DNA of 62,545 nucleotides, filler included, from Globobulimina sp. (GCA_003354225.1; 37 parts of 37 records of this genome joined end to end with filler, not necessarily neighbours in it), one strand, 5' to 3'. Numbered from the whole stretch's first letter, positions 1-11,871 are shown. Made by a program: numbers and translations. Notes: generated by a model not told the origin, from the sequence alone.

Positions 1-276
1 CACAGGTGACAATACTAAATTCATGCATAAAATATCCATAAGCTCTAGCACAAAATAAACACTATTCATTCCATATTTATTGAGTCGATAGTCGATAGAC
101 CATTATACCAGTGTTTTGAAAAACAAATTAATGGTAAATGGCCGGTAAACAGCAAAAATAAATGTATGTGGAAAACTACAAAAGGCAGACATGCACGTTT
201 TAAACTTTCAAATATGCACATATACCGATGATGTAATATTGACATGCTCCCTTACAATTAAGATTTTATGAATGTA

Positions 277-726
277 TTATTCGACACCATTATTATTGGT
301 AAATACTTCCAGTTCATAGACTGTAAAGTATAGTTCGCCGCTATTTAAATAACTTTCACTTGGAATATCATACGACAATGCAGCTGCATGTGACTTACTA
401 TGTTTATCGCATTCTGAGACAATTTGTATATCACTTCCTTCTACAAAAATACACAAAAAGCGGTCACCATGATACACTGCATGCGCATGTTCACTGTCTT
501 TAATATTAAAAATCTGCGCATTGTATTTGTTACTCGATCTAAGCAGTATTAAAAAAGCGTTCTCATCTTTTTTATAGTGACCAAAGCCATCTCCATCGGT
601 CCATGGAATTGAAACATATCCACCAAATACATTGTTCCTATCTGTATGTATTATACATAGCGTAGGTCCTTTATTACAAAGAATCCATAGTAACTCCTTC
701 AAAAGATCAATAAAGTGGGAGCGCAT
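277..726 (-). CDS. TLDc-domain protein (partial or last exon)
   Basis: Motifs CNKGPTLCII, NVFGGYVSIPW, DENAFLILL and YLNSGELYFTVYELEVF are typical of TLDc. Confidence 0.85.
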   Translation of the reverse strand: MRSHFIDLLKELLWILCNKGPTLCIIHTDRNNVFGGYVSIPWTDGDGFGHYKKDENAFLILLRSSNKYNAQIFNIKDSEHAHAVYHGDRFLCIFVEGSDIQIVSECDKHSKSHAAALSYDIPSESYLNSGELYFTVYELEVFTNNNGVE

Positions 727-872
727 AATTGCTTTCTCTTTGATGGATTACAAAGTAGAGCTGAATTATAATTATTGTGAAATAAAATGCTACAAAACAC
801 CAATTGGAAAATTAACAATTAATAAATAACAATCATTAAAATTAGTTCTGCAGCTGGGTAACATGATGCAAG

Positions 873-947
873 TACACTAAATTTAACTTTTTGTGTGCTA
901 AAAATATAAACATACACTAAATTTAACTTTTTGTGCACTAAAAATAT
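873..947 (+). repeat. Two-copy direct repeat, 40-bp period, just upstream of the GH92 start
   Basis: TACACTAAATTTAACTTTTTGTG(TG/CA)CTAAAAATAT at 873-907 and 913-947. Confidence 0.9.
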
Positions 948-954
948 CACGATC

Positions 955-1594
955 ATGTTGGTCAGCACATTGAAAAGTAACACATTTCAAAAGGTTCATC
1001 GTAAGCAAACACATATTCTTCGATGTTTATTACACGTTCTTACCATTGCTTTAATATTTACAATCATGTTAATACACTTCAACATACATGTTTAGTATAC
1101 CAAATTTTTACATTTATCGTTACCACAAATATTTTAATGACATATGATCATAAAATACACAGGGAAACATTGCTGTTGCTGTTCAAGATACGTTCCTAGT
1201 CCACGACACAAGCTCAAAGAATCTGGATTATGTTAACGTTTTTATTGGAACAGGAGAACATGGTCACACTTATCCTGGACCGCAAATGCCGTTCGGAATG
1301 GTTCAATTGAGTCCTGACAACGGGAAAACAGGATGGGATTGGGTTTCTGGCTATCATTATAGTTCTAACAAAATTGTTGGTTTTAGTCACACACATCTCA
1401 GTGGTACAGGAATTGGTGAATTGCAGGATATATCAATAATGCCTACCATCAAAAATATAAATAAACTGCGCAGAAGGACCGAGCACTACGACAGTTATTC
1501 TCATGAGGATGAAATAGCATTTCCTGGTTATTACCATGTTAAGCTAATTGAATCTGGCATAACAGCAGAACTAACAACGACTCAACGAACAGGA
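955..1594 (+). CDS. GH92 alpha-1,2-mannosidase, N-terminal part; exon 955-1089, intron 1090-1162, exon 1163 to contig end
   Basis: The frame upstream of the listed ORF reads LDYVNVFIGTGEHGHTYPGPQMPFGMVQLSPDNG, then GYHY and GFSHTHLSGTG. A phase-0 GT..CAG intron links it to an exon with a hydrophobic anchor. Confidence 0.85.
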
Positions 1595-1694
1595 NNNNNN
1601 NNNNNNNNNNNNNNNNNNNNNNNNNNNNNNNNNNNNNNTTAATTAATTAANNNNNNNNNNNNNNNNNNNNNNNNNNNNNNNNNNNNNNNNNNNN

Positions 1695-2255
1695 GTCTTG
1701 TTTATAATATGTGTTATTTTGCATATATTGATAATATTTGGCAATGATTTTATTCATTCCTTCGAACGTTTTGCCATTTTCGCGGCGAGGAAATATTAAT
1801 TTGACTTTGGATGAAAAATGCGTTAAATACTTACTGTGATTGGTTTTTAGTGCATCGTTAGTTTGCATTTCTTCTTTATTCTTATTAACGTCTTCAACTT
1901 CAACCATTTGGAAGAATTCTGTCGGATATTTTTCATGGAGATATTTTTTAATAATATGTTTATGTTTTGGATCACCATATGTTTCGACAATGGTCCATAT
2001 TCTTGTAATTCTGTTGCTAGATTCGTACCAAATTCGTGCAATATTTGTATTTGTTGCTACATTTTTTAATTGATTCCAGAATAATAATGCAGCGGATTTT
2101 GAATCAAATTGATTTTCTTTTTTACCATTTTGTGTTGGGATATTTTGTACAATTTTATGAAATTGTCGCGATTGCGTTTGTTTGTTGGTTGGTGCTTGTT
2201 GCATTTTTCTGTCTGTTGCTGGGTTTCCGTGTTCGGTGACAGACAAAGACGACAT
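1695..2255 (-). CDS. Hypothetical protein (3' truncated)
   Basis: ORF open to the contig edge; no motif recognised. Confidence 0.5.
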
Positions 2256-2301
2256 GTAAACAAACTGTGATAAATTAAGCCTTAGTTAAAAACGTTAAGT
2301 A

Positions 2302-3258
2302 TTACTTATAATTATAAATGTTTAAGTCAATAAATAGCATTGGAATGACAAAATAAAAGACTATTACAACGGAGAATGAATAGAATAAGACTGTCTGTAT
2401 TGGAATATCAGCAATATACTGACACAATAAATGTTGATAATATTCGGCGCTCGAAGTGTTACTGGATTTAATTGATTTTAATAAAATATTATTTCCAAAA
2501 TATTCCACCTTTGCTTGTAATTTAATATCATCACTTATCAAAATAAATTTTTTTGAGAACAGTAATTTTGCGAATAAATAAGTGGATATTTGTTGCGATC
2601 CAATTCCAAAGCCATAGTATGCCCATAATCTATTAAAATTTCTTTCTAATGTTCTTGTTGTAACTTGTGAGTCTTGGAACGCTTTAAAAAATACTGGTAA
2701 TGTCATGAAAAATTCATCACATTTAAATTCCACAAAATCCACAATTAACTCTCTTATATTCTCATCGTCGGAGTTACGGATACATTGTTGTAACAAATGT
2801 TTGATTGAATTGCGATATGAGTTGCATTGTTTATATTTAATATGTTTGCTGGATACTTTTGGCACAAACTCATTGATACAATATCTTAATATTTCACTCT
2901 TTTGATAATGCTCATCATTTTCATTTAATACAATATATTTTGTATATTGTGCACCTAAACAACAGCCAAAAATTAAAAAATGAATTAAAAATTTATAATA
3001 AGACATAAAATGATTTAATGATGAATTTGGAAATAAGCGGTCGATGTCATCCGTTACAAACATGATTAATTTATGTAAGCGGACAAATGCAATATCTAAT
3101 TCTAAATAATTATCAATCACATTTTGTAGAATGGATTTAATTTTGTTGTTAACGTTTTTAATTATTTGTGTTTCTGTTAAATTCTTTTGGCATTTTGTTT
3201 CATATTCTTTTGATAATACCATAAGTTGGTTAACATTCAATTTAATCATAGCAGCCAT
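2302..3258 (-). CDS. Hypothetical protein with C-terminal hydrophobic segment
   Basis: 318-aa ORF in AT-rich DNA. Confidence 0.55.
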   Translation of the reverse strand: MAAMIKLNVNQLMVLSKEYETKCQKNLTETQIIKNVNNKIKSILQNVIDNYLELDIAFVRLHKLIMFVTDDIDRLFPNSSLNHFMSYYKFLIHFLIFGCCLGAQYTKYIVLNENDEHYQKSEILRYCINEFVPKVSSKHIKYKQCNSYRNSIKHLLQQCIRNSDDENIRELIVDFVEFKCDEFFMTLPVFFKAFQDSQVTTRTLERNFNRLWAYYGFGIGSQQISTYLFAKLLFSKKFILISDDIKLQAKVEYFGNNILLKSIKSSNTSSAEYYQHLLCQYIADIPIQTVLFYSFSVVIVFYFVIPMLFIDLNIYNYK

Positions 3259-3637
3259 GATGTTGCCTTAGCAAACTGTAAAGTTTTTNNNNNNNNNNNN
3301 NNNNNNNNNNNNNNNNNNNNNNNNNNNNNNNNTTAATTAATTAANNNNNNNNNNNNNNNNNNNNNNNNNNNNNNNNNNNNNNNNNNNNTGTGTTAGGAGT
3401 TAGGAGTAGCTGTTAAGTTATTTGTATATTGTTTATTATTATTTGTATATATTTATTGTATATCGATGTATACTGTTTCTTGTATATTGTATATAATTAT
3501 AATGTATATTGTATATTGTTTATGTATACTGTATATAATGATATTTAGTATGTAGTAATTAAAAAAGTTAATACCTGAAATAAAAATGTTTGAATTAATT
3601 CCGATAATAAAATGAATTTAATAAAAGTATTTTATGT

Positions 3638-4084
3638 GTGGTGTTATTTAATTATCCATTAAAGATTGTGTTGCGACAGCATTCTAATCCAAAAATTGTA
3701 GATGTAATGCGTAAATATGCGGTATTAAGCACGACAGCAATTTGCTCCACATTTGTTTCAGTTTTCTTTGTAAAAATTTTAGGATTGGGTTGGTTTACAT
3801 TGTTGGATAATATTATTAACAGTGTATGTTTATTGTTTATGTCGTCGTGGTATTCAAAGTATTATTCAGTGCTATATAATAAAATATGTTGTTGCTGTCA
3901 TAAAAGAAATAAAAGCAAAGAAAAATCACCGTCAAGTGAGGAATATGTCGATCGAATGCCAGAAGTCACAAATACAAATTTGTCATCAACTGCATTGCCA
4001 CAAACACCAAGACCTGGAATGTCGCCTTCACCCAAATCTGCTGCAAATGGAACAGATGGAACAGTTATGACATTTCGAAAATAA
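3638..4084 (+). CDS. Last exon of a 7TM/serpentine receptor-like protein
   Basis: Two TM helices, DNIINSVCL, YSKYY..ICCCC and a polar tail. The pattern matches the 7TM genes at 10632-11758 and 50802-51639. Confidence 0.6.
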   Translation: MVLFNYPLKIVLRQHSNPKIVDVMRKYAVLSTTAICSTFVSVFFVKILGLGWFTLLDNIINSVCLLFMSSWYSKYYSVLYNKICCCCHKRNKSKEKSPSSEEYVDRMPEVTNTNLSSTALPQTPRPGMSPSPKSAANGTDGTVMTFRK

Positions 4085-4362
4085 GGATGTAATGCATTTA
4101 CAACCATTGCCATTGGAAAAGGTACAATCTCTGTCTGACACTGCAGAACATGTACAAATGGGTGATCCAGATGGTGCATGATAATATTCTGTCGTCATTT
4201 TGCTTGCTTTTTTGTTTCTGTATTGTGTGTATTGTATCTATCAGATGGGTTCTAAATGTTTATAACTTATAGATTAATATTAGATTTTTGTACGAGAACA
4301 GGAATTTTGAAAACAACCATCATAAAACTTGATTTAGAAAACTTTAGATTAAGTTCTAAAAC

Positions 4363-4982
4363 ATGTCATCGCTTTTATGGGTTTTAAACGTTTTTGCTAT
4401 CATTACATATTCCCAAAACTATATATACAATGGTAATTATACATTATCACAATCCAATTGGGAGGCTTCATGTCAATTTTATTATGATGGACATTTAGCA
4501 TCAATACACAATAATTCACAACTCCTCGAAGCACAAACTACAGCTGTAGATATAGCATGGATTGGCCTTAGTGACTCTGCAACAGAAGGTGTATGGATGT
4601 GGACCGATGGCACAGCATTTGATTATGGTTTAACTGATTTTGAATCTCCATGGCGTTTTAGTGAACCAAATGACTTCGAAGCAGGAGAAGATTGTGTACA
4701 AATAACTGATGGATTATGGAATGACGTTCGTTGTTCGAAGGTAAAGTATGGATTATGTGCTTATCCCATACCAATGACTGTGATTTCGGATAAATGGAGT
4801 TATTTGCGCTCGCTCCAACATCCGGGCTATATCGGAGTTATTGATATTTTGGATGAAATATATATTGATTTTTATATTACATTCCATTCCTGGCCTACTG
4901 CGTGGGGCAATATACTGCAATTTGGTGATAATGAAACACAAAGATATCCAGGAATATATGTGTATGGTCCCACAAAAGTATG
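4363..4982 (+). CDS. Secreted C-type lectin domain protein (partial)
   Basis: Signal peptide, then HLASIHN, AWIGL, WMWTDG, EPND, EDCV and WNDVRC. Confidence 0.9.
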
Positions 4983-5533
4983 NNNNNNNNNNNNNNNNNN
5001 NNNNNNNNNNNNNNNNNNNNNNNNNNTTAATTAATTAANNNNNNNNNNNNNNNNNNNNNNNNNNNNNNNNNNNNNNNNNNNNTATTATATCCGAATTAAT
5101 AAAATATTATTTCTTTACTGGATTTCCTGACTTACCTGCAAATGCACAAACCGTTCCAAACCCATATCGGCAGTCGATATGTACATACTCTCTATCTATA
5201 ACTATCTAGAAATTATTTAATTCTTAATTTAATCATTTCTTCCTTGCACAGCAAACGAACAAAAACTCAAGAAAGTGAGAATGGCGATGCGACATTGAAA
5301 AGAAATAGAAGTTTAATTGAAAGGATGTACAGGGATAACTCCTATAAGAAGCAGAATCATAAATATTGGAGATTATGAATGAATTGCCTGCCTAATTTAA
5401 AATTCTAATCATATGTTTAATTTGTTTAATGATAATAGTAACTTTCAAACAATAAGAATGTTTTTGTATCTAGATCATCAAAAACTATCCTGTTAACAGT
5501 AAAGTAGTATTTGATGAAAAATTAAAAATATGA

Positions 5534-6445
5534 TTAGACTTTCATATGTTGTATGCTTTGGTTTGCCACGTTTTGAGGATAGATCGTAAGCCAACGGTTC
5601 CAATCTCTGCCACGGTTCCATTCCTTTGCGTAACATTTGGCATATCGCAAAAGGATACATATTGTTTTGTTCAATACCCATTGTGGTTTATGCACAAAAT
5701 GTTGATTATGATGTTTGTACAAGTAATGGAATGTCGCCATAACCAGTTCCCAAAAATCTACATTAAAGTCATCCTCTCTTTTCCACATTAAATCCCTTGT
5801 ACATTTGCCATATTTGTCATAATATAAATGCATCATAAATCCAACAAATAAAGGCGCGCCAATACATATTAAACGAGAAAATAATATATACATTCTTTCG
5901 TGTATCACAATTTCATCTCTTGCTCCAAATATATATAATTGTATATAATGCAATAAAAACGCATAATTCTTTCGCCGCTGATCCTGACTGGCATGGAAAA
6001 ATAAAGGCTGTGCTGGATATCTGTCAAAATGACATATTTGATACGTAGCGCCATGCACAAATGGCTTTGTGTTAAGTACAGCGAATGTTACACTAAGTTC
6101 CATCTCATACAATAAATCTGTTTCTGATATCAAATCAAGACCAAAGTTGCAATGCTCTTTAAATGAATTATACATTATTCCTTTAAGTAATTTAAATTTC
6201 TGTGTATTGCTCATCAAATCATCAGATGTGATATTCCATTCTTTGCAAACGAGTGATATAATACCAACATATTCAATAATATCTAAAAATGTAAAAATGA
6301 GTTCAAAAATATCGGTTCCTACATATGTGATTTTGTTTTGCTTGATATGATGTGTTTGCTGTGTTTCATTTGTTGCAGATGGTCCATGTTGATCCAATTG
6401 ATAGTCAACGACACGACCGCAGTGTTTCAAACTTCCGGATATCAT
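5534..6445 (-). CDS. F-box-like protein
   Basis: TDIFELIFTFLD...ISLVCKEWN resembles an F-box. Confidence 0.6.
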   Translation of the reverse strand: MISGSLKHCGRVVDYQLDQHGPSATNETQQTHHIKQNKITYVGTDIFELIFTFLDIIEYVGIISLVCKEWNITSDDLMSNTQKFKLLKGIMYNSFKEHCNFGLDLISETDLLYEMELSVTFAVLNTKPFVHGATYQICHFDRYPAQPLFFHASQDQRRKNYAFLLHYIQLYIFGARDEIVIHERMYILFSRLICIGAPLFVGFMMHLYYDKYGKCTRDLMWKREDDFNVDFWELVMATFHYLYKHHNQHFVHKPQWVLNKTICILLRYAKCYAKEWNRGRDWNRWLTIYPQNVANQSIQHMKV

Positions 6446-7039
6446 CAGGTTGACGTGTCTAAGTCTCTTGGGCTCAGGATAAAAAAAAGCATTTTCAAGA
6501 AATGTTTACGGAGTTACAGTTACTTCACAAAACAATGAATTTGAAAGTCCGTTTGAATAAATTTTCCACTTTGCGGAGTTAAACCAAAAATCCAAATATT
6601 GTACATGTTGTTGTCCGCTGTCGATAATTTGCATAATAATCTGATAATTGCTTTTGACTTTGATTTATTTGTTTGTNNNNNNNNNNNNNNNNNNNNNNNN
6701 NNNNNNNNNNNNNNNNNNNNTTAATTAATTAANNNNNNNNNNNNNNNNNNNNNNNNNNNNNNNNNNNNNNNNNNNNGCAAGGCGTTCATATGACAAAAAA
6801 ATCTAAACATCCAATATTATATTATTGATCTAACATAAATATTTAAACAATTTTATCATATTTTCCCGAGATTTGAGAAGGTAGATCTTTATTTATTGCT
6901 TTTTCCATTTGTATACGACTGACTATATATTTTGAATGCATACAGATGGAAAAACGAAATTCTGAACATTTCCAAAACTTCACAACTGTATACTGGAATA
7001 ATGTGAAAGATGTTTTTGTATTATTATGTTCTACCTACA

Positions 7040-8014
7040 TCAAGTGTTTCCATACAAAGTTTTCTGTTTACCCAATGCAACAAACGTTTCTTCCGTATTT
7101 GCCAATACCTTTTCCGTAATACACATAAATTCCTCCGGATCCACATTTCCATCTTTATTCAAATCCAAAGCCTCGAAGCCACCTAAATCATCATACAATT
7201 GCCTTGTTGACATATTCAAGCGTCCAACAAATCTCTGATAATCATCGACACCAAATCTCCCTCTAAACTGTCCACCAAATTGCACCCTGTAATATGCCAA
7301 TAATAGTTCAGCTTTATCCTTTTGATTCGCTAAGAGTTTCATATCCGTATATTGCTTATTTAGTGCATCAATCACATTCAATATCTCCTCATCATCGCCA
7401 CATACTTGTTTTAATGCATTGTGCAACTCATCGAATGATTGGATGCAGTCATTCAATTAAACTGTTTCATTTTGTAAGTTGTGTACATGCGATTCCATTC
7501 CATTCACATGTTTCTTTATTTCAGTGCATTTTTTCGATAATATATCCGTGTTATTCCTATATTCATCATTCTGCTGCTTACAAAAGTCAATATATTCATT
7601 GACTTCGCCCCATTTATAGGACGCATACATTGCAATGTATGCGGTTATGATGGTTAATAACAAAATTATAATTAAACCAAAAAGTTTGCTGAATATACCC
7701 AAAAATCCAAAGATTACCAATACCGAAGATATGAGTGCTGTTATGGTAAATGCTGGGAATAATATCGTTTTTGTATTTTTCTCCAATTGATTTGCTACGT
7801 ATTGAGATACTTGATTTGTTAAAGTGTTATTCGCATTGTCATTGTCATCGTCATTGTCATCGTCGTTTGGCAGTTGTGAATATTGTCCGGGTGTTGGAGG
7901 TAATTCACTTGCTTTTTCATCCTCGTTTTCATTTCCTTCGGATTCAGAATCAGAGTCTTGTGTAGGTACTGCAATTCTGTCACGTACGTTTGGTTTATTC
8001 AGAGTAGTTGACAT
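7040..8014 (-). pseudogene. 2-TM, coiled-coil, EF-hand protein interrupted by one in-frame TAA (7457-7459)
   Basis: The two listed ORFs are contiguous in one frame (NETV*LNDCIQ). EF-hand DLNKDGNVDPEEF. Confidence 0.65.
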
Positions 8015-8470
8015 GATGTTGCTAGTGTTGATTTGAGTACAAGTTTTTGGCTGACACGAATTATTAAATTAAATGAACATCGATACACAGAACATGCAAG
8101 CTGAAGGTGACCGACTACATCAATTTTTGGCTCTTGTTTGAAAGCAAAAGCTGTGGATGAAGTCAACAATAAATTGGATGAAGAAGGAATTGATTATGAG
8201 GTTTTGTCAAGTTTCAGAGAGGAAGATTTGAGGGAAACTTTAAAATACAGCGAAATAAAACCATTATTCATTGGATTTATCATTAATAAATTAGCAAAAA
8301 TTCAAACATCCTGAGTTGATAAATATTCCTTTCAAGCTTCATATGCATCATCAACAGCATCTGTTGTCATNNNNNNNNNNNNNNNNNNNNNNNNNNNNNN
8401 NNNNNNNNNNNNNNTTAATTAATTAANNNNNNNNNNNNNNNNNNNNNNNNNNNNNNNNNNNNNNNNNNNN

Positions 8471-8758
8471 AACTACTCTCATAAAAGATGCAGAGCTCGT
8501 GTTGAACAAGCATTTGGAATTCTCAAACGTAGATTTGCCATCTTGCACAATGAAATAAGAATGTCTCCACCTCGCTGCTGCACGATTATCATGGCATGCT
8601 TAGTACTCCACAACATTGCTATGGATCGTTATGGAGTCACAGCCGATTTACAGAATGAAGCGCAAATAGTACCTGTTCCAGAATTTGACCCTGTTATTGT
8701 TGATAATGGCAATGGAAATGCTTTCAGAAACCACATTGTAAACACATACTTTACTTGA
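8471..8758 (+). CDS. Harbinger DDE transposase (HARBI1-like), C-terminus
   Basis: NYSHKRCRARVEQAFGILKRRFAIL...IIMACLVLHNIA...GNAFRNHIVNTYF. Confidence 0.92.
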   Translation, partial: NYSHKRCRARVEQAFGILKRRFAILHNEIRMSPPRCCTIIMACLVLHNIAMDRYGVTADLQNEAQIVPVPEFDPVIVDNGNGNAFRNHIVNTYFT

Positions 8759-8839
8759 ACATATTAGTACTTTATCAATGTTTCATTTTTAACAGGAATT
8801 TTTAATCACTTATGTACATCTTTTCATGTTTATCATGTT

Positions 8840-9679
8840 TTACTCATATTGGTCATAATTAAATTGCATCAATTCGCTATTTTGTTTTTGTTCTTCCTCG
8901 TGAGATTCAAGTTCAGCCACTTTTGCACTTAACAATGTATTCTTGAGCTGTGCATTCTGAATTTTCCATTGCACGAGTATTTTTTCCTCTTTGAGTTTCT
9001 CTATTTCAAGGCCAAGTTTTTGCTTTTCAACTTCGATTAGTTCCAACTGAGCTTGCTCAACAGTTTTTTGTTCATCTCTCGACAATTTACGCTTTTTGGC
9101 ACTAAACTTTCGGAAACCGGATGCTGGTGTGACTGAGGTGCCAGCAGCAGGTGGAGGAGTACTGACAGGTGAGATGGGGAGAGCAGCAGAATGTGGACGA
9201 CTGTCAGTCTGTGTCACCACGATTTCTTCGGATTCGAAGTTATCTGCTTGTGGACCTGTGTCAGCAACTGCCAGTGACTGTTCAAGTGCAGTATGAGGCA
9301 TACCAGACTCAAATCCACTAGAAAGACCTTCAGTAGACGGATTTTCCCTGACGATTTCCACTAAGATATTTTGCCATTCTTTCAACTCCTCTAATGGTGG
9401 TCCTCCTCCGGTTGGTGTTGTCTTTTTACTATGGGGAAGCTTTCGGACTGAAGCTAGCAACTGAACCAACTTTTCTTTAATTTCTTGACCTGTGCGTTTT
9501 ACTAAACTGTTGTTAGCATTCAAAGCGGCGGCGATTTCGTTGTACTTTTCATTTTTCCGCTTGGAAATGTCAGCTTTCATGTCCCGAGACTGGAGTAGCT
9601 GAAGATTTTCCCGATAAGCCACAACAATGTTGAGTATTTCTCCATCTTGGAAATTTGGTTTTCGTGGTTTTGGAGGCAT
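8840..9679 (-). CDS. Harbinger Myb/SANT-like DNA-binding protein
   Basis: RKPNF..EI, KYNEIAAALNA, RTGQEIKEK, TGGGPP and a C-terminal coiled coil. Confidence 0.85.
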   Translation of the reverse strand: MPPKPRKPNFQDGEILNIVVAYRENLQLLQSRDMKADISKRKNEKYNEIAAALNANNSLVKRTGQEIKEKLVQLLASVRKLPHSKKTTPTGGGPPLEELKEWQNILVEIVRENPSTEGLSSGFESGMPHTALEQSLAVADTGPQADNFESEEIVVTQTDSRPHSAALPISPVSTPPPAAGTSVTPASGFRKFSAKKRKLSRDEQKTVEQAQLELIEVEKQKLGLEIEKLKEEKILVQWKIQNAQLKNTLLSAKVAELESHEEEQKQNSELMQFNYDQYE

Positions 9680-10164
9680 TTTGGAAATAGAAGGCGGGAT
9701 TTGAAGTAAAAAATCACAAAAAATACGCAAACATTTGAGCCACTAACATACTGTTTAGAAAGATAACATCATGTTACCTAACATGACCTCTAACATGCGT
9801 TTGTGCAACCACTGTTAAGACCCCTGTTTACCAACAAGGTGTTAGCCAGATAACACCCCGTTAACACCCTAACAGACTGTTAAGTTAACATGCGTTTATG
9901 CAACCGGCCCCTGATTGTTAAGTGCGATAAAGCGCGAAATTAGAATATCAGTGTCATGATATAAATTTGTCTCCAATTTCGTTTTAGCTTGGCCAAAGTA
10001 AAATTTCCTATGTACCTTTTGCTACACGAAAATTGTAGCCATAACTTCATATGTGACTTAATTTNNNNNNNNNNNNNNNNNNNNNNNNNNNNNNNNNNNN
10101 NNNNNNNNTTAATTAATTAANNNNNNNNNNNNNNNNNNNNNNNNNNNNNNNNNNNNNNNNNNNN

Positions 10165-10386
10165 CATGACGTTTCTGGCCTTAATGTGTTGAAAATAATG
10201 GGGAATGATACGGATGGTTTAGGAGAGAATGAGTTTTGTGTCGAGTTAAAGAAATATGCAGAAGAAGGTGGTAAATTATATGAAAAAGTGGATGATACTG
10301 ATGATGGATCAAGTTATCATTTCAATATTGCCGTTTTTTTGGTTGTTTTTTCAATGATTTTCAGTTTGTTGCTATATATTCCTTAA
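10165..10386 (+). CDS. C-terminal fragment with hydrophobic tail
   Basis: ORF ends in a hydrophobic anchor-like segment. Confidence 0.4.
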   Translation, partial: HDVSGLNVLKIMGNDTDGLGENEFCVELKKYAEEGGKLYEKVDDTDDGSSYHFNIAVFLVVFSMIFSLLLYIP

Positions 10387-10631
10387 ATAATAAATCTTCT
10401 CGTACTTACTTCTGAACTTTAATTTGATCACATTAGGTTATAATTTTATAACTGGTTATGCAAACTGTGAGACTTTGTGAACTCGAGAAGAAATCTGTCA
10501 TTTGTTGCTAATACAACAAACGGTACACATATTAAATAGTGACATTATATTAAACATTTCATTTACTAAAAATATGTTTGTCTTAATACAACTATATAAT
10601 TAGAATATAATAATATAAATATATATATTAT

Positions 10632-11758
10632 TTAATCTTCTTGTGCTTCAGTACCAATTCGTTGGTATTCATTTTCTCGCTTTCTTTGATAAACATATTC
10701 CTTTGAATTGATATCAAATCCATCATCCACGGATTGAACCGAACTCTTTGTACTCTCGCCACCATCAACAGGCGTAATAATAGCCATAGCTCCTCGGCCA
10801 ACACTCGGAATCTGTCTAGTTTTTGCCAGATGGCGGATGCAATACATTTTGCATTTATTGTCACAGCTCCAACACATAAAAACATATAGTTTATGAAAGC
10901 AATGGAAAGAGACCAGAATGCACAAATAATTGGTATAAACATCTGATAATGCAATGAATGCCAATATGCACGAACTTATTTCGTAAACAGTTTGCTTCTC
11001 ATTATATAATATGGCATAATATCCAAATGATAAACTAATCGGAGTACAGATGGTCAGCGACAATGAAAAAACAGCCAATATGCTCGATTTCGTTATGGTT
11101 GATAATAATTTGTTATTCAACATTGATTCTGCATTCATACATCGATCAACATCCATCCTTTTAAATACTTGAAACAATTTAAACTGTCAAAGTGCGAATT
11201 AATTAATTTGAGTGCGCAAAGAAAACGCAATTTGATGTACACACATACCACAAATGTAAAAACCAAAGAAGCCGAAAATGAAATGATAAAAGCAAATGAG
11301 AATAATAATATGAGCGTGTATGCAGTTTCCTGAGCAAACCATAACAATATCAAATAAATGGGTGCTGCCAACGGAATGAATATAAAAATAATTATGTAAG
11401 CTTTAATTGTGCATTTTGACAAAGAATATGCAGATCCATCAAAGACAAATTTCAAACGCAAAAATAATACTAGCCACAGCAAATATGTTTGCAAAAAATA
11501 AAATACGATAAAATAAATCCAGTGGGTAACGTCCAGATGGTTCAGGCTGCCATGAAAACAAATAAACATTGAATTTCTAATTGCGACCAATACCAAAAGC
11601 AATGAAGATATAAAAAACATAAAACCGCAATAAAATAGTAATTTCGGTGTGTTTTGCTCAATGTTCCCTTTGTAATGTTTGCAAAATTTATATAGAGTAT
11701 AAACTGTCGTACCAAATAAAACCAAATTAATTGTACTATATCCAAATGTAAATATAAA
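10632..11758 (-). CDS. 7TM/serpentine receptor-like protein, intron 11184-11248
   Basis: A GTATGT..GACAG intron joins the two listed ORFs in frame (VFTFV|FKLFQVF). Multiple TM helices, LFLRLKFVF and DVYTNYLC. Confidence 0.75.
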
Positions 11759-11871
11759 NNNNNNNNNNNNNNNNNNNNNNNNNNNNNNNNNNNNNNNNNN
11801 NNTTAATTAATTAANNNNNNNNNNNNNNNNNNNNNNNNNNNNNNNNNNNNNNNNNNNNTACTTTACAACTA

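Larger units (their letters stand above)
8471..9913. mobile_element. PIF/Harbinger DNA transposon, one end with both genes
   Basis: HARBI1-type DDE ORF convergent with a Myb/SANT ORF. Terminus ...TGCAACCGGCCC ends at 9910 and is followed by CTG. Subterminal TAACA repeats. Confidence 0.88.

Noticed and set aside
1595-1694. Regularly spaced TTAATTAATTAA flanked by Ns, resembling a periodic repeat or CRISPR array
   Set aside because: It is an artificial six-frame-stop contig linker. ORFs ending in X runs or LIN are artefacts.
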